DNA of 64,000 nucleotides. Source: Trichoplax adhaerens. Taxonomy: Eukaryota; Animalia; Placozoa. Shown piece after piece: positions 1 through 14,177 of this stretch. Within the stretch, counting starts at the first letter, position 1. The number at the start of each line of letters is the position of its first letter. The DNA lies in the NCBI RefSeq assembly GCF_000150275.1, contig NW_002060961.1, positions 744,568 through 808,567 of the forward strand, in the 5' to 3' direction. The notes below the pieces were generated by a model. It saw nothing but the letters and a program-made list of their open reading frames with translations. It searched no databases and had not been told where the DNA came from. The position numbers and the translations under genes are program-made.

Positions 1-1
1 T

Positions 2-784
2 TATATGCGGCATGATTTTCAAGTTGATGAATGTAATTCTCCTCATTCAAGGAACTCCATGTGTGGAGATTTGCTTATGAAGCAAGATTTAGTTCGCGAA
101 GTCATTCTTGATAATGCAAGATATGCGCAGGTATTTGGAATTAAGAATTTACTCGTTAAATAAGATAAGATTCTATTACTTATTACATTGAAAATTATTT
201 ACGAAGTAGAACTTTGTATTTATTAATTGCAAGTATCACGTAAAAAAGTTTCCATATTATGACGTATTGTTGATGCAAGTTCACTTCTACCTTAAAACAC
301 TTTGCGTACATTCCGATAGAAATGAATATGTAATGAAATTTTGAAAATTATTGTCATTAATTGTCTAATCTTACTTAATTGGTAATGCAACGATAAAGTA
401 TCTTACACGTAACGGGTCTAGCTTAAATTATTTGAAAATGATTAGTTACTTTGAGCAAGAGTAGTACTTTATATTGCATGCATATTCCATGTAATGAATT
501 GACTAAATCAGATTTATCGGTGTAGTTGTTCATTTACTAAGAACGGTTGTGATAGCTTATAAAATTTTTCCTCTGATTTTTTACATTTTAATTGAATAAA
601 TAACGGTTTATACTGTTGACAATGAATAATTTTTAAATACTAATAGGAAAATCAGTCCAAGAAATCGGAGAATATTACCAAATTAAGGAATCTGGGTCCC
701 GATGATAATAATAACGACGATGCTGGTTCATCTGGTAGTAACAACCGAGATTATGACATTCCTATAAATCGATATATATACTAA
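2..784 (+). CDS. 3' end (last two exons) of an unidentified protein-coding gene, truncated by the window edge
   Basis: Open frame <2-130 (YMRHDFQVDECNSPHSRNSMCGDLLMKQDLVREVILDNARYAQ) ends at CAG|GTATTT. An AT-rich intron 131-646 ends in TAATAG. The phase-0 terminal exon 647-784 reads ENQSKKSENITKLRNLGPDDNNNDDAGSSGSNNRDYDIPINRYIY*. Family not recognised. Confidence 0.65.
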
Positions 785-3700
785 TATAGTTATTATTAAA
801 TGTTATTATCGATATATATTATGAATTGTCTTGTCATCGGTCGTGTTGATACCAGTCCTTTGTAAAGATATATAAATTAACGTAGGATTGCTAGTACTCT
901 TTAATCATGCCGTATAATTCTTTATTTTATTGAGCTATAATTGAACCATTCTCTATACTATGAAGTCTATTTTGGTCGTATTATTATTTATGATATGCTC
1001 TGTGTAACGTCATTGCATATACATTCCATTTTATAATACACTTGGTAATTTTTAAATGATACGATAAATAGGGCAGTGAGTTTAATTTACTTAGATTTCA
1101 AAGTCTACGTTTGTGGACATATGTACAGTACAGTAATGTATGCTTGAATCACTTCATCTAAAGTTATGTGCGCATAATGAATAACTCCATGGTTCGTAAG
1201 CTATACGTAGACGTATAAATACCTTGCACTTGCTATTTCTTGGTCAAGGGTAGAAAGATAGGATCAGACTTAATTTGTGTGAGATTATATCGGTTAATCT
1301 ATCAGTAATATTCTATTGAACGCTCGGTATAAACTTGAATGATTTTTGTAATTAAATTTTTTGGCACTTTCGGTTGAGAAGCATCGATCGAATACTGTAT
1401 TAACTGTAGGATTTTAGAATATGAATATAAATATTTGTATGTATGGAACGCGGCTGAGATATGACCCTTCCTAAGCACGAGTATAGCTATTCATTCATTA
1501 CAGTGTCAGATTTACTTGGATATCATGTATAATGATAATATATTTTGTATTACCAGTATAACGGAAAATATTTACAAGGGATGATTATTAATATATAATG
1601 ATCAAGTTTAATATGGATATTTAAAAATTATTAAATTTAAAATCTTGAATTTATGAACATCTTCAAATATCTGTATATTAATTATCATACAAGCTATAAA
1701 GTAAGAATACTACTTCCTAATGTCCACGGTGCTCATTGATAATCGCCATTATAGCAATCAGTTTCACTTACATAGTATTACGATTGTTATGTATTGTATG
1801 AGTTTACCGTTTCAATTGGAATTATTGACAACTGTCTTCATAAGTAAAAAACAGTTTGCTTAGTTAATTTTAAGCTTGCTACATGGAATGAGCAATTCTT
1901 AATCGATGATTAATATGTAGTGTAATGAAACATGAAAGGGTCACTCTTTTATAGGGCCTTACTATCATGCAATTGGAGATCATTGATAGTGGATAGCTTG
2001 CTGATTAATAAGCAAAAGCTACAGTATATTTTACTAGTCTACGAGATAATCAAATCCGTATACAATCAAATAAACGATATTACTAAAACTGATGATAATA
2101 CAAAATTATTATTGTTTAATTTATTTAACTTTGAATGGTGAAATCTATTAGATTGGCAAATATGTGCTCAGATTACGTATTCATTCTTTTAATCATACTA
2201 ATCATTGAGTAAAAGAACAAAGAGCAGATGGCTACGCTGTCTAAATTATCGAAATATGAAGTTTAAAACGACAACTGGACGAGAATAGCATCAATGCGTT
2301 TATTCATATATTTATAATTAAAAATGTTGGAATACAGGATGTCTTTGACACAATATAAATTAATTTTTTACTATTATAGTCTAGGAAACTTAATTATTGA
2401 GTTGCAATGTTGTATAGAATAATTTACGTCAACAATCCGAACTAATGATAGTGTATTGTACAGGGTAAAAAATTACATACGCTCTCTAGGGCTACTTTTT
2501 AATTTGTAATATATCAAAAAGTACCGTCTTTACTGGTTGATTAGATGTAATATTTTACAGCTTTTCACGATATACTGTACAGTTGTACACCAATGGTATA
2601 GCTAAGCGATGGTTGTCTAGATAGGGAGCAGTTCTACTGTACGTTGGAATATTGAAGATTATTGAAGATGTTTTAAAAATTACTTAGTATTTATCATGAA
2701 AGCTAGAGTATAATATAGCCTAGTCTTTAGTTTTTATTTCTTGAGCTAGAATGTATTATTCCTGAATTTATTATTCTAGTACATATTTAATCTACAGTAT
2801 TATTGTCGTTTGATTGTATCGGTTGATATTGACTCAATCTGCCTATCCTTCACTTTATTAGCTCTTTCGGTAAACAACATTTTATGATAAACAATAACAT
2901 GCAAAATTCTAGGATAACTACTGTATAATACTCCATGATATGTGAATACTAGCCAAGCATGTACATTGTGTAGTAATGTGTCTACATGTTAATTTCATTT
3001 TTTGATTTGCCGTATTATAAGCAATGCCAGTCAATTGAAACTTTACTGTCGATATTCACCTGATTCCCAGTTAAAGTATATTTCTTCCGCAGTATTATTC
3101 TTGACTTTATCTACGTATCGTGCATTGTATGGATAAATGTCGACAACGAAGTGGAGATGAGTATATAGAGTATTTACATATAAATGATATTTTCTTGACG
3201 GATAAGGTTAATTAATTGCATATGTACGCATCCATCGATCTATAAAGTAAACAAATAATAATAAAAAAGAGAAAAAAATGGACCCAATTTTGAACATGGC
3301 ACTAATTCATTCCTTTCAATATTATTTACGGCATTGGCTAGATATGAACTACTGTCTATTTAATCCTAATTTTAATTGCTCGCTTATTAAAAAAAAATAC
3401 AACAGCGTCTCTAGTTTTGACAGTTCTAACTTGTGAATAGACAATGCTTTAAGTTTATACTACAGTAATTAAATTAATACTAATGCCGTTGATTTCAATT
3501 TCCAATATCGAGCGTTAATGCCATTGAATTGTATACTCTTGCAGTATTGTAGATCGATACTGATATGTGTATTCCTCTATAGTATCAATACTTAATACGC
3601 GTTTACCCATCGACGTGGATGCGTGGCGAGTATAGAGCGTGCAAGTTTGGAACAGACTTTGGTTGCACAGTAGTGGTTCAACTTTGATCCTTTTCAACCT

Positions 3701-4564
3701 TGCACACCAGTCTATCGATATGATATAATCATGTACGCGTATCTAATCGGATGGTAATCCTTATCCTTTTTTTCTATTTTTATTTTTTTAATAACGAATT
3801 TTAGTCCTTAGTATTGGCCTGGAAGGTTTTTGTTGATTTGTTGGGCTTTGATTATCATTTTTAATCAAGCAACAATAGATGGAGGACAGGTGTTGGAGAA
3901 TTCTGTAGGTTATTTCAGTTGTACAATAGAAAAATGCTATTGAATCAAGCGATAACCAAAGTATTGAGTGGATTTTCTTCTTATTAATCTCTTCTATTGG
4001 CTTAGCGATAGTGATAATCAATGAATACAAGCGAACAGCAAGCTTATGGTGCTTTACGTGATGTCATTAGTACAGTATAGTGTCGCAAGTAGGACAATGC
4101 GCATTGATGACTGTCTTCAGGCAAGGTTGATTTCCATATTTGTCTAGGCAAGTGTAGACACGTCAGTCTATTTCTATCCTACTCCACTTGTGTCTATTTT
4201 ATCCTATGTACTAACAGGTACTGTGTCTATGAGTCGCCAATTGTCGGATGATTTTAGGAATGGATCCATTGATCTTACGTAAAATCCCTTACTTGATGAC
4301 GGCATGTGCCTACCGTGATGATGTCATTTTTTCGATGGAATTGCTTGTTGGTCATCTACAGTATTGCTGTACCATTGATGCAAGTACAGTATACTACCTT
4401 AGGATCACTCTCTCTCGATACTTTTAATATAATGATCTCTTGAATCATGACCCTAGATGATCGCTTTATGTTCATTTTGCTTGTAAAAACCAAAAAATAA
4501 ATCCTAGAGAATGCTGATGGATAAAACCATTTATTCCTAGTTAGAAGTGTAAGCAAAGTTAATA

Positions 4565-5110
4565 CACTAGTGTACAGTGTACAGTGTACAGTGCAGTATG
4601 GATCGATGAAGCAATACTGTACTGTACCGTCAGCAGCAGTCGTTTTACAGTACCTTATGCTACAGTCACTGATGTCAGTACTGTACACTGAGTACTGTAG
4701 AATACAGTACAAGATGCACTCTCTACAGTATCTCGTACTGTACTTGAGTACTGGAAAAGGAGACGAAATCTTTTTGGACTGGCAGTACTAGACAGTGCTA
4801 CAGTACTGAATGTACTGTCCACTGTACACTGTACAGCACAGTACTGTACGGTGGAGGACAGTTCAACCTGAGAAGGGTCCGGTTCAATTTCGGTTCTACA
4901 GTACAGTGGACACTGGAATAGCACTATCCACTGTCCACAGTACTGTACTGTACAGTATGCACTATGCACCGTCCACAGTACAATGCACCTGACTACTGTA
5001 CTCTACAGTACACACAGTACAGTGTACTGTAAACTACAGTGCAGCGTACTGCGAACTACAGGACAATGTACTGTGAAACACAGTACACTGTACTCTACTC
5101 TCTACAGTAA
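4565..5110. promoter_or_regulatory. GTACAG/CTGTAC palindromic-word island 1; probable MACO1 promoter
   Basis: Dense run of TGTACAG, ACAGTACTGT (4838-4847, 4937-4946) and ACTGTACACTGTACAG (4821-4836). It is followed by a strong donor AAT|GTAAGT at 5267. The same words mark the 5' ends of RSK and SMS. Confidence 0.7.
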
Positions 5111-5266
5111 CCAGTGGAAGTTGCCCTCCAAGACCGTGCAAAATCAAAAGTCGATGTTAACAAAGTGAAAAACTTGGAACAAACTTCTATCCATGCGTAG
5201 TTTTGCAGACTTTTTTACTTTATCCAAAGACATCCAATCGTTGTACTGTTGCCAAGTGAAGGAAAT
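5110..5266 (+). other. MACO1: Putative first (5'UTR/uORF) exon of MACO1; start approximate
   Basis: Lies between island 1 and a consensus GTAAGT donor (5267). Candidate acceptors TTTCATAG (8977) and CTCCAG (9010) lie just upstream of the MACO1 ATG at 9021. Confidence 0.5.
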
Positions 5267-6457
5267 GTAAGTCGATGGTTTCACAATCAATTTTAAAAGA
5301 CTACACCGAAAGGAATGTATATTCTATGACACAGTTATTATTTTATTCATGGTGTGACTTTAGGTCATGACTCTCGACTCAGTCTAGATGGAATTGATAC
5401 ATTGATATGAGTGGAAATTGCCACTCTTTGACTCTCATGCCAACCAACTACTGTAGTCATAGATCACGTTTAGTTGATACGGTCATTGCTATTGAATAAA
5501 CATGCACAAAGTAGCCTAACCATAGACGGTCAATTCTACTGCAATAGATTGTGCTTTCGTATGAAGTCATGGCTAAGAGACAATTAGGATAGGGATAGCA
5601 CCATTGAAATATGCAATTCGTATCCATTTCAATCCATCCATAGACTGTCTATGTCCTACTGTATTACTGTTACTCGGGTAGATAGTCCTCAATACTAGTT
5701 GACATTGAAAATGATGTTGTTAAGGCAGTCGGTGATATTACTGCAGTTTACACTTTCATTGTGCTCATGTTTGGCTCCACTTCGGTTGTCGAAAGCAATT
5801 GACTGGCTCATCTTTCCATACACAGAAATCATTGCTAATTGGATCACCATGTTAATCATGTTATTCATTGGCAGTGGAACATTATTGGCTAGACGATTGT
5901 CCATTTTGCTACAGTTCATGACCGGTCCATGACTACAGTACTTGTACTCTATACTCCCATAGGAAATGCTTTCTTTCTGCCCTGTCTACAGTACCATGTA
6001 CCGTCGATTGGAGCCACCAATCTTCCACCAGGCCTACTACACTAGAATAGAAGTATTGTGTATGGGTGTCGAGCACCGTTTCAGTATCTTACCTCTTGTT
6101 CACTATAGCAGGCCAGAAAAATGCATTCATCACCTTTTCCCACTTGTCTCTCTTCAACTACCCAAGTGGAAATAAAAATTATTATATTCAAAATTGTCAA
6201 ATCAAACCTAAACCAAATCAACGCATTGTATGTCGTCCAAAAGAGAAAGTCCATTACTACTCTTTTCACCTCTTTACTACTGTAATCGGGTATATAGTCG
6301 GTACATCATTGATATTCAATAGAATCCCTGTAGGATAGTATTCAGCGCTCTGTCTTACTGGCTCTCTTACTCCTAGCAAGATGGAGTACCTTTCACAAAG
6401 TAGTATTTTATCCGTGCTCATGCTGATAGACCTACAGTATTATGCCTTCAATAGGAA

Positions 6458-7290
6458 TAGAGTATCAATATTCAACCATTTCGTCCTCCCTTGGTCTTGA
6501 TGTGACTGATTGAAATTGGATATTGTTCAAGGATCATGATACCTTCATTGATGCCCATGACTCGTTGCTATCATCCATATTATCGTCTTTTAATACGTGT
6601 ACAAGCGTTATAGCGATAGTAGCACTCTAGTCCATAAAGTCCTGATTAACATCAAATAGGTATCAACGGTTTCCTTTTTGACAACGTCGAATGGTAGAAT
6701 AATTCTTTGCTGTTAGCAATAAAATATCTTTCGCAAAGTGGTGCTATCTTCATCCATTTTGGACACTAGGTAACCGTACACTATCATCCTTACTACCAAG
6801 GCTATATCAATATATTGTACTGTATATTCAACAATTTAGCCCATCAATCTTAATATGACTGATTGAAATGATATCCTGCTAAAAAGCCTGATCGTTATAA
6901 CGTACGGTTGTATAACAACTCGTTGCTAATAGTAATAGAGTACCGGGCACCAAGTCAATGTTACCTGACACACATGGTTACTTGTCTAACCGAATAGGAT
7001 CATTTTCTAATACAAGTGGAGTATCAATATTAGGAGTAAAAATACTGAATCTAATCGAGGAGATTGAACCCGACTCAACACTCTAGTCCATCCGTCTTGA
7101 TATTGCAGATTGAAATGAATTAAAATACTGCTAAAGAATCAATCCCATTTTTATAGTGTCCAGTTGTAAAATTGTTCTTTCCTGCATAGTGTAATCTGTT
7201 CATAAATGGAGATGTAATATTAATACTCAACAATCTAGTCCATCAATCTTGATCATTCCTGATTGAAATGAAACACTGCCAAAGAGTTCA
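6458..7290. repeat. Degenerate dispersed/tandem repeat array (4 full plus 1 partial copy of an about 60-bp core) in the MACO1 5' intron
   Basis: Core resembles TCAACAMTCTAGTCCATCAATCTTGAT-N5/6-CTGATTGAAAT...CTGCYAAA. The C(T/A)GATTGAAAT end lies at 6506, 6859, 7106 and 7259; a partial copy lies at 6622-6647. Confidence 0.75.
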
Positions 7291-9020
7291 GTCTTTACAG
7301 CCTCGATAGCGATATGAATAGACCAGGTGCAAACTACGCTACGGGATATTACTGCCTGTAGTGGATTCATTTATCTTGCATGCACAATGGTGCACTATTA
7401 CGAATGCGACTTGTGTCGATATTGAGACATACTTGAGATACATACATAGGTGAAAAATGCAATGTTTTCCTAGTTAACTAGTGGAACCATCACTCATCGA
7501 TAATACACTACAGTATATGAAAGTATTGAGTGTAAAAGACGCATGCTAATAAACCTTTGTAACCGCAAACTTGCACTCTTTAAAACATTTCAAAATAGAA
7601 TTTATTCCATGAAAAGAGTATACCGCAATCTCTTAAAATTTGCTCCAAGCATCATTTCAGTAGTTAGTCGTTGTATCATGTATTCCTGCAAGGTTACAAC
7701 AATAGTTGAACGCAGAAATGACCGCGATAATTGAATTTATAATCAATACACACAGGTAGATTCTATTATATCGTGTATTTCTAATCACTTTTAATACTGG
7801 ATCGCAAATTGATTTCCTTGTACAAATGTGGGCCATTATCTCATTGGTATTACAGTGCTTATGGATGCTTCTAAAACTGAAATCTATGTCAAGAAACATT
7901 TGATACATTATATTATGTACATTAAGCAACAGAGTTATTCTTTTCTGATTACAGATTAATCTTGAATGACTAAACTACTATTTATCTAAGTTACTTACAT
8001 TGAAATGAAAAGCTCATTATAAAACAAATTTAAAGATGGTTTCAACTTCGGATAATCTTATCTGAGTAGTTATTACAAATTGAAGATTACTTTCGTGATT
8101 CTAAATCTCAGTTGTTAATGGTATATTTTTGGGTAATTAAAAGTTACTTTCATAATGTACTTCACTGGAAATAATTATGATGGAAGAGTGCTTTCTATAC
8201 TCGTATATATAATATAAATTGTACCCCATAGCACCCTGATTATTTTTTATATCTTTTATTATCCGTATACAACATATTCAACCAATATACAGTACACCAA
8301 ATCAAGCTTTCTAGGCTTTTAAACTGTGGTCATAAAAAAAAGATTGATCAATTGGTTCCTTTTTCTCTTTATTTGAAAACTGTACGGCATAATTAGTGTT
8401 GTACGTAGCACATTCGGGTAATCTACATAGATTACGACTTTAAAATTCACCTAATTTTCCTTTTATTTGGCATGCTAATTTATCTTCACTCAAAATTTAT
8501 ATAGTCATATAAATGGCATGATTTAAATGGTATAGCATCTTACTTAATATTAGCTTTTCGTAATAACAATGTAATTTTATATCTTTTCATTTCTATGCCT
8601 TTATTTTTTTTTATTATACTGTACAGTAACTGAATGATTGTTTTACTGTATACCAGTGTACTGTAATATTGATAATGCAGTAAATTGTAAACAGTTGCAT
8701 CTCTAGGTCTCTGATTATATATTAAGTAAGTATAATGTAAACATAGCGCATTCATATTAAAAATTTAGAACCATACGATGCCAGAGATGACATAAATTAT
8801 TCCTTGATCATCACTTTTTCATTTCACATGACACTACGTACAGATGTATAAATGTAATATAGAATAGGATACTTGCCTACAATCAATTAGTAATTTTTCT
8901 ATACGTGCAAGATGGCCAATATAATTCCTTTACTAATTTAATCTTCTCATATGTGCATTCTTTAATTTCTTTCATAGACTTTAATTTACTGTATAAAAGT
9001 TGTACTCCAGTTTTTCATCC

Positions 9021-12000
9021 ATGAAGCGGCGAACTGCGGAGGTAAGTAAAGTTCGCCGTTCAGTGAAGAAGACACGCATTACCGATACAATATATGGAAG
9101 GGTTTCGAGGTGAGTAGATTGGATTTATGTTTGTAATTATACGGACGGATTGTATTGTAATTCTGAAATAGTGAATAAATAGTTGACTAACCATCAGTTT
9201 AACATGACCAATTACTATCAGCCGCTGTTATTACTGCTTGCATATGAATATTTCGTAAACGCCAACTCTTCTACCGTACAGTATATAATATTTGTAAAAG
9301 GTCTATGTACGCTGTAAATGTAGTATATCTATGCGAATGTATAAAACCGGAAGGAAAGTGTAATTGCTATAATACAAGCTAACAATAACTTTCTTGTTGT
9401 TGCATACTCGGTAAGACGATATTTTAGAGAGAAAATAAGTATGAAACTGTATTTATTGTTTACTCTATTCTATATGCTGATATTGATGTACTGTACTATA
9501 CTGTAGTAAGACTTCTATTAGAATACTATTGAAGTACAGCTATGATAAGTATAACTGAATTACTAGAAATGCAATCAGTTAGGAATTATAGTATGGAGTA
9601 TACGACCATTTTTCGTCTTTCTTGCTTCTTAAATATCATACATAGCTTTGTAATAGAGTGAGATTTTTGCTACCACGTAATGTTTATTTAAACGTAGACG
9701 TATAAGTCGATAGTTAATTGATTAGCCAATATCGGTTGCATTCTATTATGGTTCTTTAGTAATAGAATGAGTGAGTTATTAGATTTCTTATAGTGCGTAT
9801 GGATCGAATAAGTTAACAACGAGTATCGGCTGGTAAAAATATATGTTAGGGGGTAATATAGAAGTCTATAACTCTAGTAATGAAACAGTGACATTTTTAA
9901 AATATAAAAATCACCATAATTCAGTCTCAAAATTTGATATGTCTTAAATTGTTAATAGCCAAATGTACATTATTAATTAGTCTTTATTCATTGAATAATA
10001 TAACACAAAAGCTGGTGTTACTAGTTAAATATAAATGTTAATAAAAATAGGAAGGAAAAGCTATTTTTCGCAACAAATTACAATTTGTTGTCAACTTTAA
10101 TTTACACTAGCAATTAGTAGTGTTGGTAATATCGCATTTACTTTCTGCAGTATCGTATTTAAATTGTTTAGTTCAGCTAAAATTCTACCATTGTAGTATT
10201 ACGTTTACATTACACTATCTGCAGGTAAAGATATCACAAACGTACAAAATTTTAATTTATAACCACTAATATCGTATGATTATTTCTTAATTGACTAAAA
10301 TCTATTCAAAATTGCAATCTTTTCTTTCACTTTTGACATTTTTGACTTTGAAATTTATTCATAGGTTAACTTTAATTGGCCGTTTTCTTGTCACTTGGGT
10401 TTCAGTGCTAGCACTGGATACTTTAATAAATTTTCGTTTTGAGTTTCTTTGGCCCGTATGGCTATTAATGAAAGATACTTACGAAATTTTAAAGTATCAA
10501 GGATTGGTAAGTTAATCTCTTTTGTAGAAAGTATCTAATAGCAGATACAGTGGAAATAAGCTGTCAAACTGATTATGATTGTAAGCTTAATCCTTCATTA
10601 CTACTGTAGTTTAATTCTTGATCGATACCACATACAAATATAAAATAATGGCCATTTCAAAAACCGTCAATAACAAAAATTTTTACTTTCAATGTATATA
10701 CTGCACATAAAGATCTTGAAATTCTCAGTACTTCGACTTAGTGGTAACAGTTAAAGAAGCCGCTTAAGTTACGATATTAAACGATAATGACTAAATAAAA
10801 GTACTGATGGATGATCTAGCATTTTAATAGCCATTAAATACGCTTTTATTTACTATCAATATTTTATACATTGTATCGATTACGAAGTTTGAAGCGGTAC
10901 TGATTATGTAGTACATTGATGATTAACACCAAACAGTTTTAAATTGACGGTTTTTCACTTGATGCACGGGCAAAACCAATGCTAAAGGCTACGATACTAT
11001 CATAGTCAGTCTAACAACAATAATAATAATAGGCTCTCTTAGCCTCTCTATTGCACAAGTAACACTATGCTATCTGGTAGAATATGAGAATTGAGATAAC
11101 CAACGCTCGAGAAAATAATTTAATATTAATAGTGTAGTATATCGATGGCCACTACCTCAAGATACTGATATCGGATGGGATATTGATGGAGATTGCAATC
11201 ATAGCTTTCGCTCTACTAAACCGTACGAATTACTATAGCGAGAGTTCTGAAGAATAATGGAGCTTCTACTATATTATAATCACAATTATTTCTAGTTGTT
11301 GTATTGTATATCGTAGTTGTATTAGGCATTTTATTAATAATTTCAACTAATCAGTAGTCACCGATCAAAAATGTACAGATTATATCTTAAAATCTTTTGT
11401 GTTTTGCATACCGTTCTAGGAGGCTACAATATTACTGACTGGACTGACTGTAATAGCGGATTTCCTATTACTAATCATGTTTCCTACGCGGTGGCTCTTA
11501 TTCACTGCTAGCACGTATAATTGTATGCAGATAGCGTGTCATTCTGGTATGATAGTTTTAACATTCCAACATAATCGGATTGATTCTTAATATTTTTATT
11601 TCTTAAAAGACGTAACACAATTTAAATTTTATTATTATACTTATCAATTAACTGAACTTTACCTTTTAGAACGGTTGAATTTAGCGACCTTATTTATTTG
11701 GATGGTATTTGTATATAATGAAGCAACGGTGAGAGCTATCCATTTACCAATTTATTTAGAATTATGTCTCCCATTAGCTGCACATAGGTAAGGATATGGT
11801 GAACTAAGTAATTATAATTTATTTATGTTCCTATCACATCGAGTAACATCAAAAATTAAGAAATATAAATATTTTTATATGTTAGCATTGGGCATTCGTT
11901 GGTGACGATAGGGCGTGGAATAATAAATTATTTAAAATATCAAATGATAAGAGTAAGTGGATGAGATTTGCTATCTACACTATGCTATAATTACGGTTAG

Positions 12001-14177
12001 ATAGAAAAGTTGAGTACGAGGTCGCGTTTTTTCTATAGCGATATTATTTATTTCCTGTTACAATATTGCTTTTATATATGTAGAATAAACAGTTGCAAAT
12101 TCACAGAGATAAAGCTATCATATCATCTATCAATCAATTAATACCTACGACTTCAAACGAGCATACAAAAGAAGCTCTTAATCGGATTGCGGGAACAGCA
12201 GCTAGCGATCCATCATTAAGTGGTATGCTGTTAGTCTACTGTTTTGATAACTATGGCAATAACCTTACTGTCATGCTAACTTAAAATTTTTAATAATACA
12301 GCCGCAGTGGCCGAAAAATTGCAAGATTGGGCGCTAAGATTTTCGAATATGATAAAACATAAGACGACGACTGTACAAAGTATACATAAATCAAAAGTCA
12401 AATCTAATCCAGATAATAACGTGATTAATGCTAGAAGAAATGAAGACTTGACTGATAAAATTAACAAAACTGTAGATAAAAAAAGTGTCTCCGACAGTGA
12501 TAGTAATGTCATAATAAAGACAATTAATCATACAAATCGTAGTTCCAGTGCTAAGAATTTTGCAGGAAAAGTCATGGAGACTTCTCCGGCTATTGTATCA
12601 TCAAAGAATTTATCGAAAGATGAGGTAGACGACGATTACGTATTGCCTACAAATCCGAGATGTGATCAAAGTTCTGCAGCCTTATCAGAAAAGAATAATA
12701 AAACTGAGATAAATTATGAGAGTAGAGAGTGTAAACCTGAGCAAATCGAACTAGATTCTTTAGTAATTCAGTATCAAGAGGAGAAAGCTGCCAGGTATGA
12801 TTAATGTAAACATGGTCCATAAAGTAATTATCCATGTCATTATTTTATCATTTTTATTTGTATTATACTTGCAGGCTAAAGGCCTCGTCCATCATAACTA
12901 ATCTTGAAATTGAAATAAAAAAAGTCAAAGATGACCTAAAGGTATTATACGTGCAAAACCGATATTATATGCCTTAAATTAGAATTTAAAATTGTGTTAT
13001 TTCGATCTTGCTTTCATCATTCCTAGTAGTTGTAGTAGATGTATGTTACGAATCATTGGCGTAATTATGTTAGAGCGAAATACTATTTACTATCAATCAG
13101 TATGGTTGTATTGTTGATTATTTCTGCTTCGATGTCAACCTATTTAGCAAAAAGACTATGTCGAACAAGAGCTTCGTCAGCAACTAAAATTAGTAGAAGA
13201 GTCCAGGCGTACAGAGGCTGTTAAAGAAGATTTGAAGAACTCAAGTGGCAATCGGTACAACAGAAATGAAATTCTTACCATCAATTTCGATTTTTTTTGC
13301 CTACAGTATAAATCATTCTAATAAACGTATACCACATTATGTTATAATGCGTTGATACAGTGTGCAACTATCTCTTTCTACAGTATATATGCGCGTACAA
13401 GTAATTACGGCGAACAACATTTTTTAATTGATTACAATGGCTTTAGAAATTGGAGCATGCTATAATTAATTTATTGCTCTACTTGAAATTTTGAATAGAA
13501 ATAGGAGTTTATCAAGCGCCAACAAAGATAGTCACTCTAAAAAGAATGATAAAAAGTCTAAAGTTGAAAGTAGTTGGCAAAAGAAAATGGAGCCAAATTT
13601 AGCAATTAATATATCTCATGATAGTTGCCGCTTGACTCAAGCTACGTTGGAAAAGGAGAAGGGTATGCTATTGACGCAACTTCATGAGCGACAAGATCAG
13701 CTTAGAAATGCCCGACAGGAATTTGAAGTCTATAGGCATCAAAATCAGACGGAAATATCAAGAATGAAAAAAGAAATAGAATCGTTAAAATGTAACATTT
13801 CATCACAGCAAGAAAAGAATATTAAATTAGAAAATGATTTAAAATCTGAAACTCGAATAAAAATGGATATGTTTGAGCATATGGGAATCGCAAAGCATGA
13901 AAAAGAACTCATTGAAGCCCAATTGCAGAAGCGTGACAGAGAAATTACGGCACTGAGAGCAGAGATGGTTGAATTAATGGCAGTAGGTAGTATACTGCAA
14001 CCATCCAATGGTGTCACCAATTTTGGATCGACCGAAATTTCGCCGATAGTTACAGCGAGTCCGCATTTTATTGGCCATCATCGTCCTATGATGGTTGATT
14101 CATTGCAATCGAATACTCACGATTCAAATCGATATCCGTCTGGTGTTACAGGCCATATTGAAAAAGATCGCAAGTAG
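9021..14177 (+). CDS. MACO1: Macoilin (TMEM57), ER membrane protein with C-terminal coiled coil
   Basis: Exons 9021-9109, 10365-10506, 11420-11546, 11670-11787, 11886-11952, 12084-12222, 12302-12794, 12875-12941, 13148-13254, 13499-14177; all GT-AG and in phase, 2028 nt. N-terminus MKRRTAEVSKVRRSVKKTRITDTIYG; family motifs FRFEFLWPVWL, KYQGL, LFTASTY, LCLPLAAHSIGHSLVTIG; coiled coil with LENDLKSETRIKMDMF. Confidence 0.93.

Noticed and set aside
800-4350. Short ORFs (1932-2141, 3515-3697, 3788-4030) between the first gene and island 1
   Set aside because: Composition of translated AT-rich non-coding DNA; no motifs or splice support.
4356-5168. Overlapping ORFs rich in YCTVQYSTV; similar ORFs at 14810-15067, 30522-30871 and 51528-51755
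   Set aside because: Translation artefacts of the stop-poor GTACAG/CTGTAC islands. They appear in several frames on both strands.
6458-7290. CRISPR-like repeat-spacer reading, and a minus-strand SGMIKIDGLD resembling an ABC-transporter motif
   Set aside because: Eukaryotic intron, degenerate repeats, spacers of unequal length and no cas genes. The peptide is followed by an immediate stop and the copies differ by frameshifting indels.
9042-9047. Perfect GAG|GTAAGT donor inside the first MACO1 coding exon
   Set aside because: Phase 0 is incompatible with the next exon and would delete the conserved RR..K..RIT..IYG segment. The donor at 9110 fits.
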